NCBI GenBank assembly: GCA_002269645.1
Contig: NIVC01001484.1
Location: 111,531-175,530 of the forward strand
Direction of reading: 5' to 3'
DNA from: Macrostomum lignano
Taxonomy: Eukaryota
DNA length: 64,000 nucleotides
The translations under genes were made by a program, and so were the position numbers. Every line of letters starts with the position of its first letter. Position 1 is the stretch's first letter. The notes beneath the pieces were generated by a model that ran no database searches, was not told where the DNA came from, and saw only the letters and a program-made list of their open reading frames with translations. Below, one piece after another: positions 1-13,189 of this stretch.

Positions 1-311
1 AATTCTAGGGTAGCATACGCACTGCATGCTACTGACACAAAATAGTAGAATTATAAGCGAATATCAGCAAACGTGCGTTTTTTTCAACAATATGAATCAA
101 TCATATTTTGAGGCGAAATCAGACGCCAAGCAGTTTACAGGGTGTTTGATTTTTTATATCAATTTAAAACACGAGTCAGTACTTACTGAACTGTTATTGG
201 GTAATTTTACAAGCATAAATTATATTTATTCACTATATAAGAAAGGGCGGCTTATTTGCAAAGGAGTAGTTACAATTAAAAATATTATTGTGGAAATTAA
301 ACTTCATACCA

Positions 312-950
312 CTAAAATAAATCGGAATTGGTGTGAGGTGGTGGGTATGGGGCAGGGGTTGGCGTGAGGTGGTGGGTCTGGGGCAGGGTTTGGCCTGAGG
401 TGGTGGGTCTGGGGCAGGGGTTGGCGTGAGGTGGTGGGTCTTGGACAGAGGTTGGCGTGCGTGAGGTGGTGGTTCTGGGGCAGGGTTTGGCCTGAGGTGG
501 TGGGTCTGGGGCAGGGTTTGGCCTGAGGTGGTGGGTCTGGGGCAGGGTTTGGCCTGAGGTGGTGGGTCTGGGGCAGGGGTTGGCGTGAGGTGGTGGGTCT
601 GGGGACGGGGTTTGGCGTGAGGTGGTGGGTCTGGGGAAGGGGTTTGGCGTGAGGTGGTGGGTCTGGGGCAGGGTTTGGCCTGAGGTGGTGGGTCTGGGGC
701 AGGGTTTGGCCTGAGGTGGTGGGTCTGGGGCAGGGGTTGGCGTGAGGTGGTGGGTCTGGGGAAGGGGTTTTGCGTGAGGTGTGGGTCTGGTGAAGGGGTT
801 TGGCGTGAGGTGGTGGGTCTGGGGCAGGGGGATGTCGTGAGGTGGTGGGTCTGGGGAAGGGGTTTGGCGTGAGGTGGTGGGTCTGGGGAAGGGGTTTGGC
901 GTGAGGTGGTGGGTCTGGGGCAGGGGTTTGGCGTGAGGTGGTGGGTAGTA
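312..950. repeat. G-rich ~30-bp minisatellite (GTGAGGTGGTGGGTCTGGGGCAGGGTTTGGC-like), ~21 units
   Basis: Tandem units are directly visible; they explain the repetitive ORF 312..968. Confidence 0.95.
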
Positions 951-1619
951 TGATTGGTTATAACCCAAGCAAGAAAATCATACTAATGGGATGGGTCAGC
1001 ATAGTATAAATTAAAACCAAATGTTAGCATAGCTTTTTTTAGCAGCTGAAGACGCGGCACAGACAGCGAGGGAACGGTGGCCAATGCAGAGTAGCAAAAG
1101 GAAGACATTAACTAATTCTGCATATATTATATTGCGCAAGCGAGACTCCTATTGCCGGTCTGAATAAGCAAATATAGTTGTATAAAACTTGCATCTCTAC
1201 TAAGTAAGTAGCGACTGGTGAAAACGGATGACACGCAGTAGGGAGAAACTCAAATAATAAAAAAGCGAAGTCTGTTTATCCAGTACTGCAGACATTCAAT
1301 GATAAATTCTCATGATTTTAACCGTGCAAAAGCTTGTGACATTGTGCGCGTTGATGTCTACTGACAGTACGCAAAGACGACTGGGAGAAATGGATTAAAT
1401 ATAGCCAAACAAACGGATAAAAAGAGATGGGTACAAGTTAATTTAGTAGTCATATTTACGATGCAAGCGAGCAAAAGCGACAATCATCAATGCTGGTTAG
1501 ATAAGCGATGAGGAAATTTCAGTCATCAGAGGAAAAACGTCTTGCGCAATTTTCCGCGCCAAGCAATTATTAACAGGCTGACTGGTCTACGAAACTAACG
1601 ATATCAATACTGACTTGAT

Positions 1620-2582
1620 AAAGGCTGTTGCTAAGCGAAGCTACTGTTGCTAAGGGAGGATACAGTTGCTAAATGAGGATACTGTTGCTGGGGGAAGATA
1701 CTGTTGCTAAGGGAGGATACTGTTGCTAAAGGAGGATACTATCGCTAAGGGAAGCTACAGTTGCTAAGGGAATGCATCAGTTGCTAAGGGGAAGCTACTG
1801 TTGCTAAGAGAAGCTACTGTTGCTAAGAGAAGCTACTGTTGCTAAGAGAAGCTACTGTTGCTTAGGCAATAATTTAGTTGCTAGGAAAAGCTAATGTTGC
1901 TAAGGGGAAGCTACTGTTGCTAAGGGAAAGCTACTGTTGCTAAGGGGAAGCTACTGTTGCTAAGGTAATGATTCAGTTCCTAAGGGAAGCTACAGTTGCT
2001 AAGGGAATGCATCAGTTGCTAAGGGGAAGCTACTGTTGCTAAGGGGAAGCTACTGTTGCTAAGGTAATGATTCAGTTCCTAAGGGAAGCTACAGTTGCTA
2101 AGGGAATGCATCAGTTGCTAAGGGGAAGCTACTGTTGCTAAGGGGAAGCTACTGTTGCTAAGGGGAAGCTACTGTTGCTAAGGGGAAGCTACTGTTGCTA
2201 AGGGAAAGCTACTGTTGCTAAGGTAATGATTCAGTTCCTAAGGGAAGCTACAGTTGCTAAGGGAATGCATCAGTTGCAAAGGGGAAGCTACTGTTGCTAA
2301 GGGGAAGCTACTGTTGCTAAGGGGAAGCTACTGTTGCTAAGGGAATGCATCAGTTGCTAAGGGGAAGCTACTGTTGCTAAGGGGAAGCTACTGTTGCTAA
2401 GGGAAAGCTACTGTTGCTAAGGTAATGATTCAGTTCCTAAGGGAAGCTACAGTTGCTAAGGGAATGCATCAGTTGCAAAGGGGAAGCTACTGTTGCTAAG
2501 GGGAAGCTACTGTTGCTAAGGGGAAGCTACTGTTGCTAAGGGAATGCATCAGTTGCTAGGAGAAGCTACTGTTGCTAAGGGG
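1620..2582. repeat. ~20-21-bp minisatellite (GCTACTGTTGCTAAGGGGAA with variant units)
   Basis: Tandem units are visible 3' of the ARIH1 stop codon. Confidence 0.95.
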
Positions 2583-2724
2583 ACTAATTAACCTTTCAAG
2601 CTGCTTTTTACATCGTCAATCGGGCAGCAAGACCAACGCGACTGTATTAAATTTCAATTCAAAAATCGGGTGTCAATATTTTGAACAATCGTACACAGAC
2701 AAGCATTAGGCTGAGAAGTACTAC

Positions 2725-5700
2725 TCAAGCCAAATTAAGCTTTAAGCCTTCGTGAAACTCGAAGTCCCAGCAAGACATGCGGTAGCCCTCGTACACGTGA
2801 TCCAGCAGGGCGGCGGAGCGGGTCTCGCAGAACCGGAACTTGTCCTGCACCAGCCGCTTGAGCTGGGCAACATCCTCCAGCTGCATTTCCCGTTCCAGCA
2901 CCTCGCTGAGATCTTCCGTGGCTAATTGCAAATTTCGCTGATTGTCCTCGAAGATTTTCTGCTGATTGCTGGGCTTCAGGTAGTAGGCGAACACGTAGGT
3001 GTACATGAGCACCCGCCGGCAGTTACACAGGACGGCCACAGCGTCGCGGAGGAACTTCACCTCGATCCAGCTGAGTCCGTGGTACTGCATCTCGTCCATC
3101 TTGGAGTGCACCGTCTCCTGCAGGCGGGCCTCGAACTCCAGCGATTTCAAATGGTTCATGTACAGGTCGTAGTAGTGCAGGTAGCGGGACAGGTAGTTGC
3201 GGGACAGCGCCTGCTGCCGGCGGACGCGCTCCGCTCGCTCCTCGTCGAAGCTGAGGAAGAGTTATACAGAGTGCAGGGAGACAGCTGGCTATTATGTACA
3301 TTATCGATACATATCGGCAGATACAACCTTACTCAAAATTTCCCATAATTTCCAATGCCATTTAAATTAAGTTTAATATTCAAATGTCTTAAAAACTAAG
3401 GAGGGGGGAATTGCTAAAATATCAAGGCTCACGGGGGAATTGCTGAGATATCAAGGCTCACGGGTGAATTGCTGAGATATCAAGGCTCATAGAAGGGGAA
3501 TTGCTAAGATATCAAGGCTCATAGAAGGGGAATTGCTGAGATATCAAGGCTCACGGAGGGGAATGGCTGAGATATCAAGGCTCATAGAAGGGGAATTGCT
3601 GAGATATCAAGGCTCATAGAAGGGGAATTGCTGAGATATCAAGGCTCACGGAGGGGAATGGCTGAGATATCAAGGCTCATAGAAGGGGAATTGCTGAGAT
3701 ATCAAGCAAGGCTCACAGAAGGGGAATTGCTGAGATATCAAGGCTCACGGAGGGGAATGGCTGAGATATCAAGGCTCATAGGAGGGGAATGGCTGAGATA
3801 TCAAGGCTCATAGGAGGGGAATGGCTGAGATATCAAGGCTCATAGGAGGGGAATGGCTGAGATATCAAGGCTCATAGGAGGGGAATGGCTGAGATATCAA
3901 GGCTCATAGGAGGGGAATGGCTGAGATATCAAGGCTCATAGGAGGGGAATGGCTGAGATATCAAGGCTCATAGGAGGGGAATGGCTGAGATATCAAGGCT
4001 CACGGAGGGGAATGGCTGAGATATCAAGGCTCATAGGAGGGGAATGGCTGAGATATCAAGGCTCATAGGAGGGGAATGGCTGAGATATCAAGGCTCATAG
4101 AAGGGGAATTGCTGAGATATCAAGCAAGGCTCACAGAAGGGGAATTGCTGAGATATCAAGGCTCACGGAGGGGAATTGCTGAGATATCAAGGCTCATAGG
4201 AGGGGAATTTCTTAGATATCAAGGCTCACGGGGAATTGCTGAGATATCAAGGCTTATAGGGAAATTTCTGAGATGTCAAGGCTGAGGTAAAAAGCTACAT
4301 TTAGTTTATTAAAGAATTTATTCCATTATTTGTTGGTTCTCCAATGAGGGGGCGCTGATTTTAGGTTATGGCTACTAACAGTAGTTTACTAATGTCTCAC
4401 CGATTGCAGTTGTACCACTCTTTGCCGTGCGGCTGCCAGTCGTCCATGCAGACCCAGCAGAATTCGTGATTACAGGTGGCATTGCGGCATTTCATGTGAT
4501 TGCAGCCGCCGTTCTTTTCTATTGTTGCGTGGCATTTCGGGCACTCCTTGGTGTTGGCCATGAACCACTGGGTGCTCATCGATTCGCCTGCGTTCTTCTG
4601 CTGCCAGCGGCGCAGCATGGAGCAGCTGATGGGCTCGTGCCAGTCCTGTTGGAGGAGGCAGCGAACGGGCGAAGTGGTGGTTAGGTGAGCGAGTAGGGGA
4701 AGCGCTGACGGTGGGCTGGCCGGATTGTGGGCTAGCGGGGACTGCGCAGCGGGTTTAGAGATGGAAGAATCCAGGATTTGGCGGATCTACACGAAGGCTG
4801 GGGCGGATCAAGTTCGGGGGCGGATTCAGTGTGGGACATTTTTTTAGTGGGAGCGGATTTGGTGTGGGGCGTATTTAGGTTTTAGGTGAATCTAAGGCCG
4901 GAGCAGATCTAAGGTGGGGCGGATCTAGGGTCAGGGGGAAGATCTAAGGTCCGGGGAAGATCTAGGGTCAGGGGGAAGATCTAAGGTCCGGGGAAGATCT
5001 AGGGTCAGGGGAAAGATCTAAGGTCCGGGGAAGATCTAGGGTCGGGGCGGTAAGATCTAGGGTCGGGGGGAAGATCTAGGGTCAGGGGGGAAGATCTAGG
5101 GTCAGGGGGGAAGCTCTAGGGTCGGGGGAAGATCTAGGGTCGGGGCGGTAAGATCTAGGGTCGGGGCGGTAAGATCTAGGGTCGGGGGGAAGATCTAGGG
5201 TCGGGGCGGTAAGATCTAGGGTCGGGAGGAAGATCTAGGGTCGGGGCGGGAAGATCTAGGGTCGGGGCGGGAAGATCTAGGGTCGGGGCGGGAAGATCTA
5301 GGGTCGGGGCGGGAAGATCTAGGGTCGGGGCGGGAAGATCTAGGGTCGGGGGGAAGATCTAGGGTCGGGGGGGAAGATCTAGGGTCGGGGGCGGATCTAG
5401 GGTCGGGGGCGGATTTCGTAGTCTCACCTGAGCGCAGGCGAAGCAGAAGGTCTTGCCGCAGCGGCAGGTGACCCGGCAGGCGCGCACGGCGTCGTCAAGC
5501 AGGCGCACAACGCACTCGCAGTCGGCCCCGGGGCAGAAGGCCAACCGGCGGTTGCAGGTGACAAAGTTGGTGACCAGCGCCTTCTGGAACTGTCCGCGCA
5601 GCTTCGGGGAGCCCTCAAGCAGGCGCAGCACCAGCTGGTCGTCAAGTAGGGCGCGGCAATCGAACGCGGGGCACTGCAGGCCCTCGAACTGGCCGGCCTG

Positions 5701-8700
5701 CAGCATCCGCTGAGCGACATAGGAGCGGTAGCAGTCCACGCAGAACACGTGGGCGCAGCCGCTGCCGACCATGCCGCTGTAGGGCCGGCTCTGGCAGCAG
5801 ATCTCGCAGATCACCGTCTGCGGGAAGAGGGAAGGAGGAGATGCAGCTGATGGGGAGCTCTGCGCTTGCCGTTGAGGTGCCGCTGCGATCTACCTACTAC
5901 CATTCTATTTATCCCTTAATCTGTCTACCATTGTATCTACTTCTCACCTCATCTACCATTCTATCTGCTGACTAGAGCCTGTATACCATTGTATCTACCT
6001 CTCAACCTGTCTTCCATGTTATTTATCACTCAACCTGTCTACTGTTCTATCTACCTCTCATCCTATATACCATTCTATTTACTTCTCAGTCTGTCTACCA
6101 TTTTATCTACCACTCAGCATGTCTTCTTTTCTACCTACCTCTCAACCTGTCCACCAACCTATCTAATTTTCGGTATATTAGCTAACAACCAGTATTTAAC
6201 TTTCAGTTTGTCTACATCCACATAACAGCCATGCTTTTGATATCCTCTTCAATACCGCTCTCCCCCGCAAAGAAGCTCTCACACACAGAGCTCCATCACA
6301 GAACCTCAAATCACGCTAACCTGTGTGCCACTGCCGCCTGCGGTGCCGCGGGAGCCGGACTCGGCGGGAGCGGCAGCGACGATCCGCCACTGACTGGCCG
6401 GGATGTTGTGCCTGGCCAGGAAGTCCTCCGGCTCGCGCTCGTAGAATCGCTCCAACAGCAGGTCTTTGTCCCAGCGGTATTTGCTGAGCAGAAGACGCAG
6501 TACCCTGCTGGGTAGCTGGACAATCTGGCAGACCTCCTGTTTAGATAAGGCTGCCTGTATAGACTGTGATAGCAATCCACTTATATGTGAGCTGTGAGCC
6601 TCTCTCCCGTGTCTCAGTGAGCTGTGAGCCTCTCTCTAGTGTCTCAGTGAGCTGTGAGCCTCTCTCCCGTGTCTCAGTGAGCTGTGAGCCTCTCTCCCGT
6701 GTCTCAGTGAGGTGTGAGCCTCTCTCAAGTGTCTCAGTGAGCTGTGAGCCTCTCTCCCGTGTCTCAGTGAGCTGTGAGCCTCTCTCCCGTGTCTCAGTGA
6801 GCTGTGAGCCTCTCTCCCGTGTCTCAGTGAGCTGTGAGCCTCTCTCCCGTGTCTCAGTGAGCTGTGAGCCTCTCTCCCGTGTCTCAGTGAGCTGTGAGCC
6901 TCTCTCCCGTGTCTCAGTGAGCTGTGAGCCTCTCTCCCGTGTCTCAGTGAGCTGTGAGCCTCTCTCCCGTGTCTCAGTGAGCTGTGAGCCTCTCTCCCGT
7001 GTCTCAGTGAGCTGTGAGCCTCTCTCCCGTGTCTCAGTGAGCTGTGAGCCTCTCTCCCGTGTCTCAGTGAGCTGTGAGCCTCTCTCCCGTGTCTCAGTGA
7101 GCTGTGAGCCTCTCTCCCGTGTCTCAGTGAGCTGTGAGCCTCTCTTCCGTGTCTCAGTGAACTGTGACTACCGTGCTTTAGTTAACTGCGACCACTCACA
7201 GTAATCCTTTCAGTGATCAGTGAAATGCGACTATTTCAGTGAAAGGTGAAGTGTGACACTTTCACCAAACAGCGAAATGTGACTTACAGTGCTCAGTGAA
7301 ATTTGATCTTCTCAGTGAACAGTGAAGTGTGACCCTTTCAGGTGAGCAGTGAAGTGTGATTCTTTCAGTGAGCAGTGAAGTGTGATCCTTTCAGTGAGCA
7401 GTGAAGTGTGATCCTTTCAGTGAACAGTGAAGTGTGACCCTTTCAGGTGAGCAGTGAAGTGTGATCCTTTCAGGTGAGCAGTGAAGTGTGACCCTTTCAG
7501 GTGAGCAGTGAAGTGTGACCCTTTCAGGTGAGCAGTGAAGTGTGACCCTTTCAGGTGAGCAGTGAAGTGTGACCCTTTCAGTGAACAGTGAAGTGTGATC
7601 CTTTCAGGTGAGCAGTGAAGTGTGACCCTTTCAGGTGAACAGTGAAGTGTGATCCTTTCAGGTGAGCAGTGAAGTGTGACCCTTTCAGTGAACAGTGAAG
7701 TGTGACCCTTTCAGTGAGCAGTGAAGTGTGACCCTTTCAGGTGAGCAGTGAAGTGTGACCCTTTCAGGTGAGCAGTGAAGTGTGATCCTTTCAGGTGAGC
7801 AGTGAAGTGTGACCCTTTCAGGTGAGCAGTGAAGTGTGATCCTTTCAGGTGAGCAGTGAAGTGTGATCCTTTCAGTGAACAGTGAAGTGTGATCCTTTCA
7901 GGTGAGCAGTGAAGTGTGATCCTTTTAGGTGAGCAGTGAAGTGTGACCCTTTCAGGTGAGCAGTGAAGTGTGACCCTTTCAGGTGAGCAGTGAAGTGTGA
8001 TCCTTTCAGGTGAGCGGTGAAGTGTGACCCTTTCAGGTGAGCAGTAAAGTGTGACCCTTTCAGTGAACAGTGAAGTGTGATCCTTTCAGGTGAGCAGTGA
8101 AGTGTGATCCTTTCAGGTGAGCAGTGAAGTGTGATCCTTTCAGGTGAACAGTGAAGTGTGATCCTTTCAGGTGAGCAGTGAAGTGTGACCCTTTCAGGTG
8201 AGCAGTGAAGTGTGATCCTTTCAGGTGAGCAGTGAAGTGTGATCCTTTCAGTGAGCAGTGAAGTGTGACCCTTTCAGGTGAGCAGTGAAGTGTGATCCTT
8301 TCAGGTGAGCAGTGAAGTGTGACCCTTTCAGTGAACAGTGAAGTGTGATCCTTTCAGGTGAGCAGTGAAGTGTGACCCTTTCAGTGAACAGTGAAGTGTG
8401 ATCCTTTCAGGTGAGCAGTGAAGTGTGACCCTTTCAGGTGAGCAGTGAAGTGTGACCCTTTCAGTGAACAGTGAAGTGTGACCCTTTCAGTGAACAGTGA
8501 AGTGTGATCCTTTCAGGTGAGCAGTGAAGTGTGACCCTTTCAGGTGAGCAGTGAAGTGTGATCCTTTCAGGTGAGCAGTGAAGTGTGACCCTTTCAGGTG
8601 AGCAGTGAAGTGTGACCCTTTCAGGTGAGCAGTGAAGTGTGATCCTTTCAGTGAGCAGTGAAGTGTGACCCTTTCAGGTGAGCAGTGAAGTGTGACCCTT

Positions 8701-9551
8701 TCAGGTGAGCAGTGAAGTGTGACCCTTTCAGGTGAGCAGTGAAGTGTGACCCTTTCAGGTGAGCAGTGAAGTGTGATCCTTTCAGGTGAGCAGTGAAGTG
8801 TGACCCTTTCAGTGAACAGTGAAGTGTGACCCTTTCAGGTGAGCAGTGAAGTGTGATCCTTTCAGGTGAGCAGTGAAGTGTGATCCTTTCAGTGAGCAGT
8901 GAAGTGTGACCCTTTCAGGTGAGCAGTGAAGTGTGACCCTTTCAGGTGAGCAGTGAAGTGTGATCCTTTCAGGTGAGCGGTGAAGTGTGACCCTTTCAGG
9001 TGAGCAGTAAAGTGTGACCCTTTCAGTGAACAGTGAAGTGTGATCCTTTCAGGTGAGCAGTGAAGTGTGATCCTTTCAGGTGAGCAGTGAAGTGTGACCC
9101 TTTCAGGTGAACAGTGAAGTGTGACCCTTTCAGGTGAGCAGTGAAGTGTGACCCTTTCAGTGAACAGTGAAGTGTGATCCTTTCAGGTGAGCAGTGAAGT
9201 GTGATCCTTTCAGTGAGCAGTGAAGTGTGACCCTTTCAGGTGAGCAGTGAAAAGTGAGCCTCTGACAAAGCAGACACGGCAGCTCACCTGCACTATTCGG
9301 TGCATCTCCTCGTGCACGCTGTCTGGGCTCAACAATTCGAAATGATCGTTGGCGCCGTTGTCCCGCCGGAGCTGGCGGACATCCTCGCTCATTGGCAGAT
9401 CCTCGTCGCCCTCGCTATCGTCTCCCTCCTCTTCCTCTTCCTCCTCGTCCTCTTCCCCGTCGTCGGCGTCATAGAACTCCTCGGCTGTCGAGTCGAACTG
9501 GTCGCCGCCAAAGCGAGCGGCGGCGCCGTCTTGGGCGAGTCGGTGCGCCAT
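2725..9551 (-). CDS. ARIH1: Ariadne-1-like RBR E3 ubiquitin ligase, 5 exons, ~546 aa
   Basis: Exons on the minus strand: 9551-9288, 6536-6321, 5817-5428, 4645-4401, 3250-2725. All junctions are GT-AG and phase-consistent; total 1641 nt. Acidic N-terminus; UBA-like [12 protein letters not shown]; RING1 [14 protein letters not shown]; [20 protein letters not shown]; RING2 [21 protein letters not shown] with catalytic Cys; Ariadne domain [22 protein letters not shown]. Confidence 0.93.
3410..4285. repeat. ~32-bp intronic minisatellite (GCTGAGATATCAAGGCTCATAGGAGGGGAATG), ARIH1 intron 4
   Basis: Tandem units are visible inside intron 3251-4400. Confidence 0.95.
4895..5412. repeat. ~19-21-bp G-rich intronic minisatellite (AGATCTAGGGTCGGGGCGGGA), ARIH1 intron 3
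   Basis: Tandem units begin about 15 nt inside the donor at 5427. Confidence 0.95.
6588..7160. repeat. 30-bp minisatellite (GTGAGCTGTGAGCCTCTCTCCCGTGTCTCA), ~19 units, ARIH1 intron 1
   Basis: Near-perfect tandem array. Confidence 0.97.
7310..9250. repeat. 26/27-bp minisatellite (CAGTGAAGTGTGACCCTTTCAGGTGAG), ~70 units, ARIH1 intron 1
   Basis: Tandem array with 26-nt and 27-nt variants. Confidence 0.97.
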
Positions 9552-9777
9552 TTTTAATTAGCAGCTGCTTGAGTCGGAATCAAGTCTTTGTTGCAAAGGC
9601 AAATGCAGAGATGATCCACTGAAGCAAGTTTTTAGCAATACTTGTGCTTGGCAATCATGAATTAATGGATTTTAATATGCGCGACAAAATTGCTGCTGGC
9701 TACTTGTAGTAACTGAAGTCTGAATTTTAACAAAAAATGGAAAAGGAACTGATAAGGGCGGTTAATAGTGATTCTCT

Positions 9778-10356
9778 AAGGGCGGAATATGGAGGGGGGT
9801 TATTCTGGTGGGGTCCGAAAAAGGGCGGCTAAGGGTAAGTCCTGGGGGCGGAATAAGGGCGGTTAAGGTTAAGTCCTGGGGGCGGAATAAGGGCGGTTAA
9901 GGTAAGTCTCTGGGGGCGGAATAAGGGCGGTTAAGGGTAAGTCCTGGGGGTGGAATAAGGGCGGTTAAGGTTAAGTTCTGGGGGCGGAATAAGGGCGGTT
10001 AAGGTAAGTCTCTGGGGGCGGAATAGGGCGGTTAAGGGTAAGTCCTGGGGGTGGAATAAGGGCGGTTAAGGGTAAGTCCTGGGGGCGGAATGAGGGCGGT
10101 TAAGGGTAAGTCCTGGGGCGGAATAAGGGCGGTTAAGGTAAGTCTCTGGGGGCGGAATAAGGGTGGTTAAGGGTAAGTCTCTGGGGGCGGAGTAAGGGTG
10201 GTTAAGGGTAAGTCCTGGGGGCGGAATAAGGGTGGTTAAGGGTAAGTCCTGGGGGCGGAATAAGGGCGGTTAAGGGTAAGACCTGGGGGCGGAATAAGGG
10301 CGGTTAAGGGTAAGTCCTGGGGGCGGAATAAGGGCGGTTAAGGGTAAGTCCTGGGT
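9778..10356. repeat. ~35-bp GC-box-containing minisatellite upstream of ARIH1 (GGGCGGAATAAGGGCGGTTAAGGGTAAGTCCTGG)
   Basis: About 16 tandem units, most with two GGGCGG, starting ~230 nt upstream of the ARIH1 ATG. Confidence 0.93.
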
Positions 10357-10915
10357 CGAAATAATAAGGTTTTAAGGACATCACTATATCGGATTGAGAC
10401 TTAATCAGATGGACGATCTCATAAATCGGATACCGCAGGAACGAGGAACTGCTACATCCAGTATAGTGGCGTATTTAGCTAAATGTAAACAAAATATTTT
10501 CAATACAAACTTCACATTCAAAAGGCTATCAATATGATGACGCATGGCGATGTTTATTACATACTCATAGGATAGTGAAATCAACAGAGAATCGGAGCAT
10601 AATGCTTCACTGTCTGTGCGTACAGATTCTATAGGGGAAAATAATTGCAGATCTACAATACAGCAACGTTAATAAATTTGAAGCAATGTCCTGAATACGA
10701 GCGGATTGACATAGCAAATAGTGACGTCATTGATATACATTTGAAGTGCAATAAGAGCTTGATTTTTATCGTAAAATTGCACCAACTTCTGGGGACAATA
10801 GTGCGAAAAATAGTAACAAAAAACTACGAAACTAGCTTACTCCATTACTGACAGTAGATACAATGAAACGTTAATAATCTTGCAATGAAATTCAAGACTC
10901 AAAATTGATTAACCA

Positions 10916-11557
10916 CGCTGGCCCAGCAACTGAGGATCTGAGAGGCTGGCCCAGCAACTGAGGATCTGGGAGGCTGGCCCAGCAACTGAGGATCTGGGAG
11001 GCTGGCCCAGCAACTGAGGATCTGAGAGGCTGGCCCAGCAACTGAGGATCTAGGAGGCTGGCCCAGCAACTGAGGATCTGGGAGGCTGGCCCAGCAACTG
11101 AGGATCTGGGAGGCTGGCCCAGCAACTGAGGATCTGGGAGGCTGGCCCAGCAACTGAGGATCTGGGAGGCTGGCCCAGCAACTGAGGATCTGGGAGGCTG
11201 GCCCAGCAACTGAGGATCTGGGAGGCTGGCCCAGCAACTGAGGATCTGGGAGGCTGGCCCAGCAACTGAGGATCTGGGAGGCTGGCCCAGCAACTGAGGA
11301 TCTGAGAGGCTGGCCCAGCAACTGAGGATCTGGGAGGCTGGCCCAGCAACTGAGGATCTGAGAGGCTGGCCCAGCAACTGAGGATCTGAGAGGTTGGCCC
11401 AGCAACTGAGGATCTGGGAGGCTGGCCCAGCAACTGAGGATCTGGGAGGCTGGCTCAGCAACTGAGGATCTGGGAGGCTGGCCCAGCAACTGAGGATCTG
11501 GGAGGCTGGCCCAGCAACTGAGGATCTGGGAGGCTGGCCCAGCAACTGAAGATCTGG
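10916..11557. repeat. 28-bp minisatellite (GGCTGGCCCAGCAACTGAGGATCTGGGA), ~23 units
   Basis: Tandem array just 3' of RagA; it explains ORFs 10892-11588. Confidence 0.97.
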
Positions 11558-11660
11558 GAGGGAGTATTAAGGATTTAAAAGTGCCCAAGAGAAGCCCAGC
11601 AAGTTAAAAAATAGAAATCTCATACAGCAGTCCCCGAAACCCCCACGTAAACACAGCCGC

Positions 11661-12590
11661 CTACAGCGGGCGGCCCAGTGCGGACGGCCGGTCCTCGGGC
11701 CGCTCGAGCCGCTCAAAGTGCTTCCTAGCGTTGCGGATGTTTAGCATGGTGAGCGCCGGGCACACGTGCGTGTCGGAGACAACCACCATGACGTAGGTGT
11801 TGGCGGTGAACTGGTCGATGAAAGCGCCGAAGGCCCTGTTCTGCACGTGCATGCTCTGGAAGGCGGCGGCCACCTTGGAGCAGCTCAGCTTGAACTGCTT
11901 GATGATGTTGCTGATCTTCTCGAATCTGTGCGGATCGCGGTGCTGCTTCTGCTGGCAGTGCGAGATTACCAGGAAGGTGGCCCGCTCGAACAGCAGCACC
12001 TCGTCGGCGTCGATGATGTCGCCAAACTGCCGGAGATTCTCCTCGAGCAGGCGGACATTGGGGATGAGCGCGTAGACGATGCTGGACCAGGCCTTGTAGA
12101 GCGTCTCGTCCCAGATGCTGGTGGCGTAGCAGCGGCACTGCAGCGGCTTGCTGAGGGTGCGAAGCTCTTCGGAGCGCTGCGAGTACAGCTGCTCACGCTG
12201 CTCCTCGGGCACCAGGTCCATCTTGTGGATGAGGCAGAATATCTGAGCCTGCGGACTGTTCTGCATGATGGCCTCCAGACAGGTCTGGTAGTAGTGCAGG
12301 TCCTTCTCGAACTCGCGGCTCTCAACATCGAACACGTAGATCATGACCTCGACGCTGCGGAAGATGTTCTCCCGCTGGCTGGCGAAGTAGTTCTCCATGA
12401 AGGCCTCCTGGCCGCCGCAGTCCCACAGGTTCAGCACCAGGTTGCCAAGGAAACGCACGTGCGAGTGCTCAACATCGATGGTGGCGCCGAGGCGGCGAGT
12501 GTCGCGAGCGATGAAATTGGCAAAGATGATGGAGCGCATGCTGGTCTTGCCGGAGCCAGACTTGCCCATGAGCAGCACCTTCTTCTTCAT
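11661..12590 (-). CDS. RRAGA: Ras-related GTP-binding protein A/B (RagA/Gtr1), intronless, 309 aa
   Basis: [25 protein letters not shown] (P-loop), [27 protein letters not shown] and [17 protein letters not shown] are near-identical to animal RagA as recalled. Confidence 0.97.
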   Translation of the reverse strand: MKKKVLLMGKSGSGKTSMRSIIFANFIARDTRRLGATIDVEHSHVRFLGNLVLNLWDCGGQEAFMENYFASQRENIFRSVEVMIYVFDVESREFEKDLHYYQTCLEAIMQNSPQAQIFCLIHKMDLVPEEQREQLYSQRSEELRTLSKPLQCRCYATSIWDETLYKAWSSIVYALIPNVRLLEENLRQFGDIIDADEVLLFERATFLVISHCQQKQHRDPHRFEKISNIIKQFKLSCSKVAAAFQSMHVQNRAFGAFIDQFTANTYVMVVVSDTHVCPALTMLNIRNARKHFERLERPEDRPSALGRPL

Positions 12591-13189
12591 TGCGGCATGA
12601 GAACGAATGAAAATTAGTAATCAGCGAGGTAAGATACCAGATTATTCACTGGAAGGTGGGGCTTCGTTTGATCTTTCTGACTGAGCTTTGTTTTATGCTT
12701 TTGGCCTTGGTCTGTGCTTTAGCTAATCGTAAGCAAGACAAATTACTATAAAAAATCAAAAACAAAATAAAAAGTCTACTATTTGAATGATAAACTGGTT
12801 CGTAGGCAAAACTGTATTTTTATAGAAACATTGGAAGGAAACAGTTAAAAACTGGAATAACAGCGGCTCTGTGATAAAAAACAAGCGTAGGAAAGCGTTT
12901 CATGTGGTTAATAAAAAACGTTGCAAAATTGAAACATAAACTTCAAAAAAGGAAAGTCTAAACTCTTAAAAATAGAATTAAGACAAAATATTTTTGTATC
13001 TGGCAAACAAAAAGTTCAATCTGAAAAAAAATATAAATCTGATTAAAAAGTACATCCAATGTATCTAAGCAATGAAAGATTTTTCCTATTGATTCGATTT
13101 TTCGACCCGTTGTTTATATCTCACGCAAAACTATTATTTTTTGTGGTTGTCGCCCAATCTTTGCACCAAACTTGCAAAATAATAAAAAC

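Noticed and set aside
26-367. 113-aa ORF at the window start
   Set aside because: AT-rich, no motif, and it runs into a satellite.
312-968. 218-aa Pro-rich ORF and other repeat ORFs (6566-7204, 10892-11588, 18368-19601, 46357-47039, 57625-58483, 3628-4285, 38626-38913)
   Set aside because: Translations of stop-free satellites, mostly intronic and often started at non-ATG codons.
6588-11557. CRISPR-like regularly spaced repeats (26-34 bp units)
   Set aside because: Head-to-tail units with no unique spacers, no cas genes and a eukaryotic intron context; these are minisatellites.
11766-12617. 283-aa plus-strand ORF over RagA, and similar shadows over ARIH1, HOIP and family C
   Set aside because: Expected antisense open frames of GC3-rich genes; no recognisable domain.
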